From Lama guanicoe (lineage: Eukaryota): a stretch of DNA of 64,000 bases. The stretch lies in the NCBI GenBank assembly GCA_013239625.1, contig MU053881.1:12476879-12540878 (forward strand), read 5' to 3'. Position 1 is the stretch's first letter, and the number at the start of each line of letters is the position of its first letter. Position numbers and translations under genes: made by a program. The notes under the pieces are model-generated. The model was not told where the DNA came from. It ran no database searches and saw only the letters and a list, made by a program, of their open reading frames with translations. Of this stretch, positions 61,640 to 64,000 are shown in pieces.

Positions 61640-63200
61640 ACAAAGGTGTTACAGAAGAGACACCTTCATGCTCTGAGCAGACTCTTCCTATATATTACAT
61701 ACTTAAAAAACCTTTAGGTTTTTATAATAATAATTGTAAATATCTTTGCCAAGTTTGTCATTTTGTCAAGTTTTTCTGTAGGTATTGTGTCATAGTTAGA
61801 CATATCTTCCCCAATTTGAAGTTCTAGAGGAATTTGCAAATGGTTTCTTTTGACACTTGTATGTTTTATAAAATCCTTCATCTTTGGGGGGAATTTATCT
61901 GAGTATGAAGTGGATTTAATTTTCCAAATGGCCATCCAGTTGTCCTTATTGTCTAAACCATCTTTTCCTTACTCATTTAAGGTGCTTTCTAATAGATACT
62001 AAATTTTCATATGCATTTGGGTTCATTTTTGCACTTCTGTTCTAATCCATTGATTGATTATCTCTTCGTGTACCGCTGCCACGCTGCTTTAGTGATTGTG
62101 GCTCCATGATGTTTTCATGCCTCTTTGGGTCAATACCTTTTAATACTCTCATTTTTTTCTCCTCATTACTTTTTCCTGGCTATTCCTGCTTGTTTATTTT
62201 TCCATATAAATCTCAGAATTGTGACTACCCTACATGTATAGATTACTTTAAGGAGAAATAACATTTCTATGATGTTTCATCTTCCTGTCTAAGAATATGG
62301 TATGCTTTGATTCATTCACCTTTTTAGATTCCCTCAAGCGCATTTAAAACTTTTCTTTATTTAAATCTTGTGAATTTCTTGTGGTGTTTATTCTTAGATA
62401 TTTTTTATTTTTATTGGTGCTGATTTTACAGCGTTTATTCCATTATTCTTTCTAAGTGGTTATTTTTTGCAAATATGAAAGTGATTAATTTTTGTGTATT
62501 AATTTCACTCCAGCCTACTTATTTCTAGTTTCTTTTTTTAGTAACAGTTTTTAGGTTGAAATCTTGGGGGTTCTTCTGGTATACAATCATATCATCTTCA
62601 AACGTTAAACAACTGTACATTTTATGGGCACTTACTAGGATATTCAGAACAATGTTCAGTAATTGAAGTGAGAGAGAACAGCCATTTTTTAAAAATACAT
62701 AATTTTCTAATGTTTGATCACTTTTGCATTTTTGGATCCATCCTCAATTGGTTATTATTTTAAATCATTTTACTCTATATTAGTGGTTTCATTTTGCTAA
62801 TAATTCTTTTTATCCTTGCAATGAAGCTGGTTTACAGTTTTATTTTCATTATACTCTTATTGGCTTTCATATCAAAATGATTATTGCTTCATAAAATGAA
62901 CTGTGAAATTTTTAATCTTTTCCTGTGGTCTGAAGCTGTTTATAACAAAGGATTTATCTGTCCCTTGCAGATTTGGGAAAATGAGTCCCTAAAACATGGG
63001 TGTTTCATTAATTACCTTTTCAATTTCTTGCATGGTAATTAGTCTATTAAAGTTTCTTACTGATTCAAGACTCAATTTTCATAATAGATGCTCTAAGAGA
63101 ACTGTCCATTTTATTTACAGTTGTTCATTTATCAGTAAGAGGCTGTACAGAATATTCTCTGATCATTATTCTGATGATAGAATATCTTCAGTTTTCATCT
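61640..63200 (-). mobile_element. Old L1 ORF2/3' remnant
   Basis: T-rich antisense L1 motifs ('ttttccaaatggccatccagttgtcc', 'ttttttccatataaa', 'atacaatcatatcatct', 'ttcataaaatgaa'). No intact ORF. Confidence 0.75.
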
Positions 63201-63289
63201 AATTTAACTAATGAATTAACTGCTGTAGGCAATGATTATTCAATGGCTGTTACATCACAAAAACAGAGAATCAGATCCTGATGAAAGTA

Positions 63290-63897
63290 CACAGTGTCTC
63301 CTGCGAACGAAGTTCTTTTGTCAAATAATGGAACCTGAATTTTTTGAAACTTCTGGATTGGACTGCCAGTTTCCAGCAAATGAAGAGAACAGAGGAACAT
63401 ATTAAATGACCCTGCAGGATGTAATCAAAAAAATCCAGACTGTGGGCAAACCACAGGACAAAGGACAGTCTCTTCAACAACAGCAAAAAAATTATAGGGA
63501 AGGAGAGAGATGAGAAGAGAAACACACATTAAAAAACAAAACACTTATCAACAAATAACAGTATATAGATCTTATTTGCATTCTGGTTCAAAAAAACTTA
63601 AAAAATTATAAGATGCCTGGGAAATATGAAAGTGGAAATATAAACACTGAAAGTGTAATGATACTGTGGCTGTCTTTGAAAAGAGATGCTACCTTTTAGT
63701 GATACATACTGAATATTTACAGATGAAATCATTTAATGTCTGAGATTTGCTTCAGAATCACCTAGGCTGGGGGGAGTGGATAGGGGACAGAGATGAAACA
63801 CAGTGAGCCATGAGTTAGCATTCACTAAAGCCAGCTTATGGGTACAAGGTTTATTATTCTAATTTTTTCTACTTTTGTACACATTTGAAAATTTCCC
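63290..63897 (+). mobile_element. Old L1 3' UTR (L1MC/MD-like)
   Basis: 'gatacatactgaatatttacagatgaaat...tgtctgagatttgcttca...ctacttttgtacacatttgaaaatttcc'. Confidence 0.75.
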
Positions 63898-64000
63898 ACC
63901 CCCCAATATCTTTGTATATCTAGTTATGGTCCCCTTTTCATGACTAACGTTGGTTATTTAAAGTTTTTCTTCTTCATTTTTTCTTGATAAAGCTTTGCGG

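Noticed and set aside
1..64000. CRISPR array, prokaryotic or viral insert, intact transposase or RT, processed pseudogene, CpG-island promoter
   Set aside because: I saw no regularly spaced repeat-spacer array, no long or recognisable ORF, and no region meeting CpG-island density.

Overview
This is mammalian non-coding DNA (intronic or intergenic, roughly 40% GC, CpG-depleted). It is most likely camelid, judging from two tRNA-derived Vic-1-like SINEs and young cetartiodactyl-type L1 3' ends. It is dominated by interspersed repeats: L2, MIR, old L1/HAL1, MaLR/ERVL/ERV1 LTRs, hAT and Tigger MITEs, and microsatellites. No ORF in the track resembles a protein I recognise. I cannot support any CDS, RNA gene, CRISPR array or new biological system. 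Repeat family names come from my recollection of consensus sequences, not from a search. The most unusual signal is a set of 0.2-1 kb blocks (best: ~14.1-15.1, 16.9-17.4, 28.3-28.9, 40.1-40.7 and 11.5-11.8 kb). These carry a several-fold CpG excess, and their departures from the underlying MIR/L2 repeats look like synonymous codon swaps in one fixed triplet register, often despite in-frame stops. That suggests artificial (in silico) recoding rather than biology. Natural points of interest are an L1 insertion with an apparent 3' transduction, a Tigger MITE nested in a hAT MITE with intact TSDs, a locally duplicated L2 fragment, a PAR-bZIP/D-box cluster, a 50-nt hairpin and a few orphan splice-site candidates.
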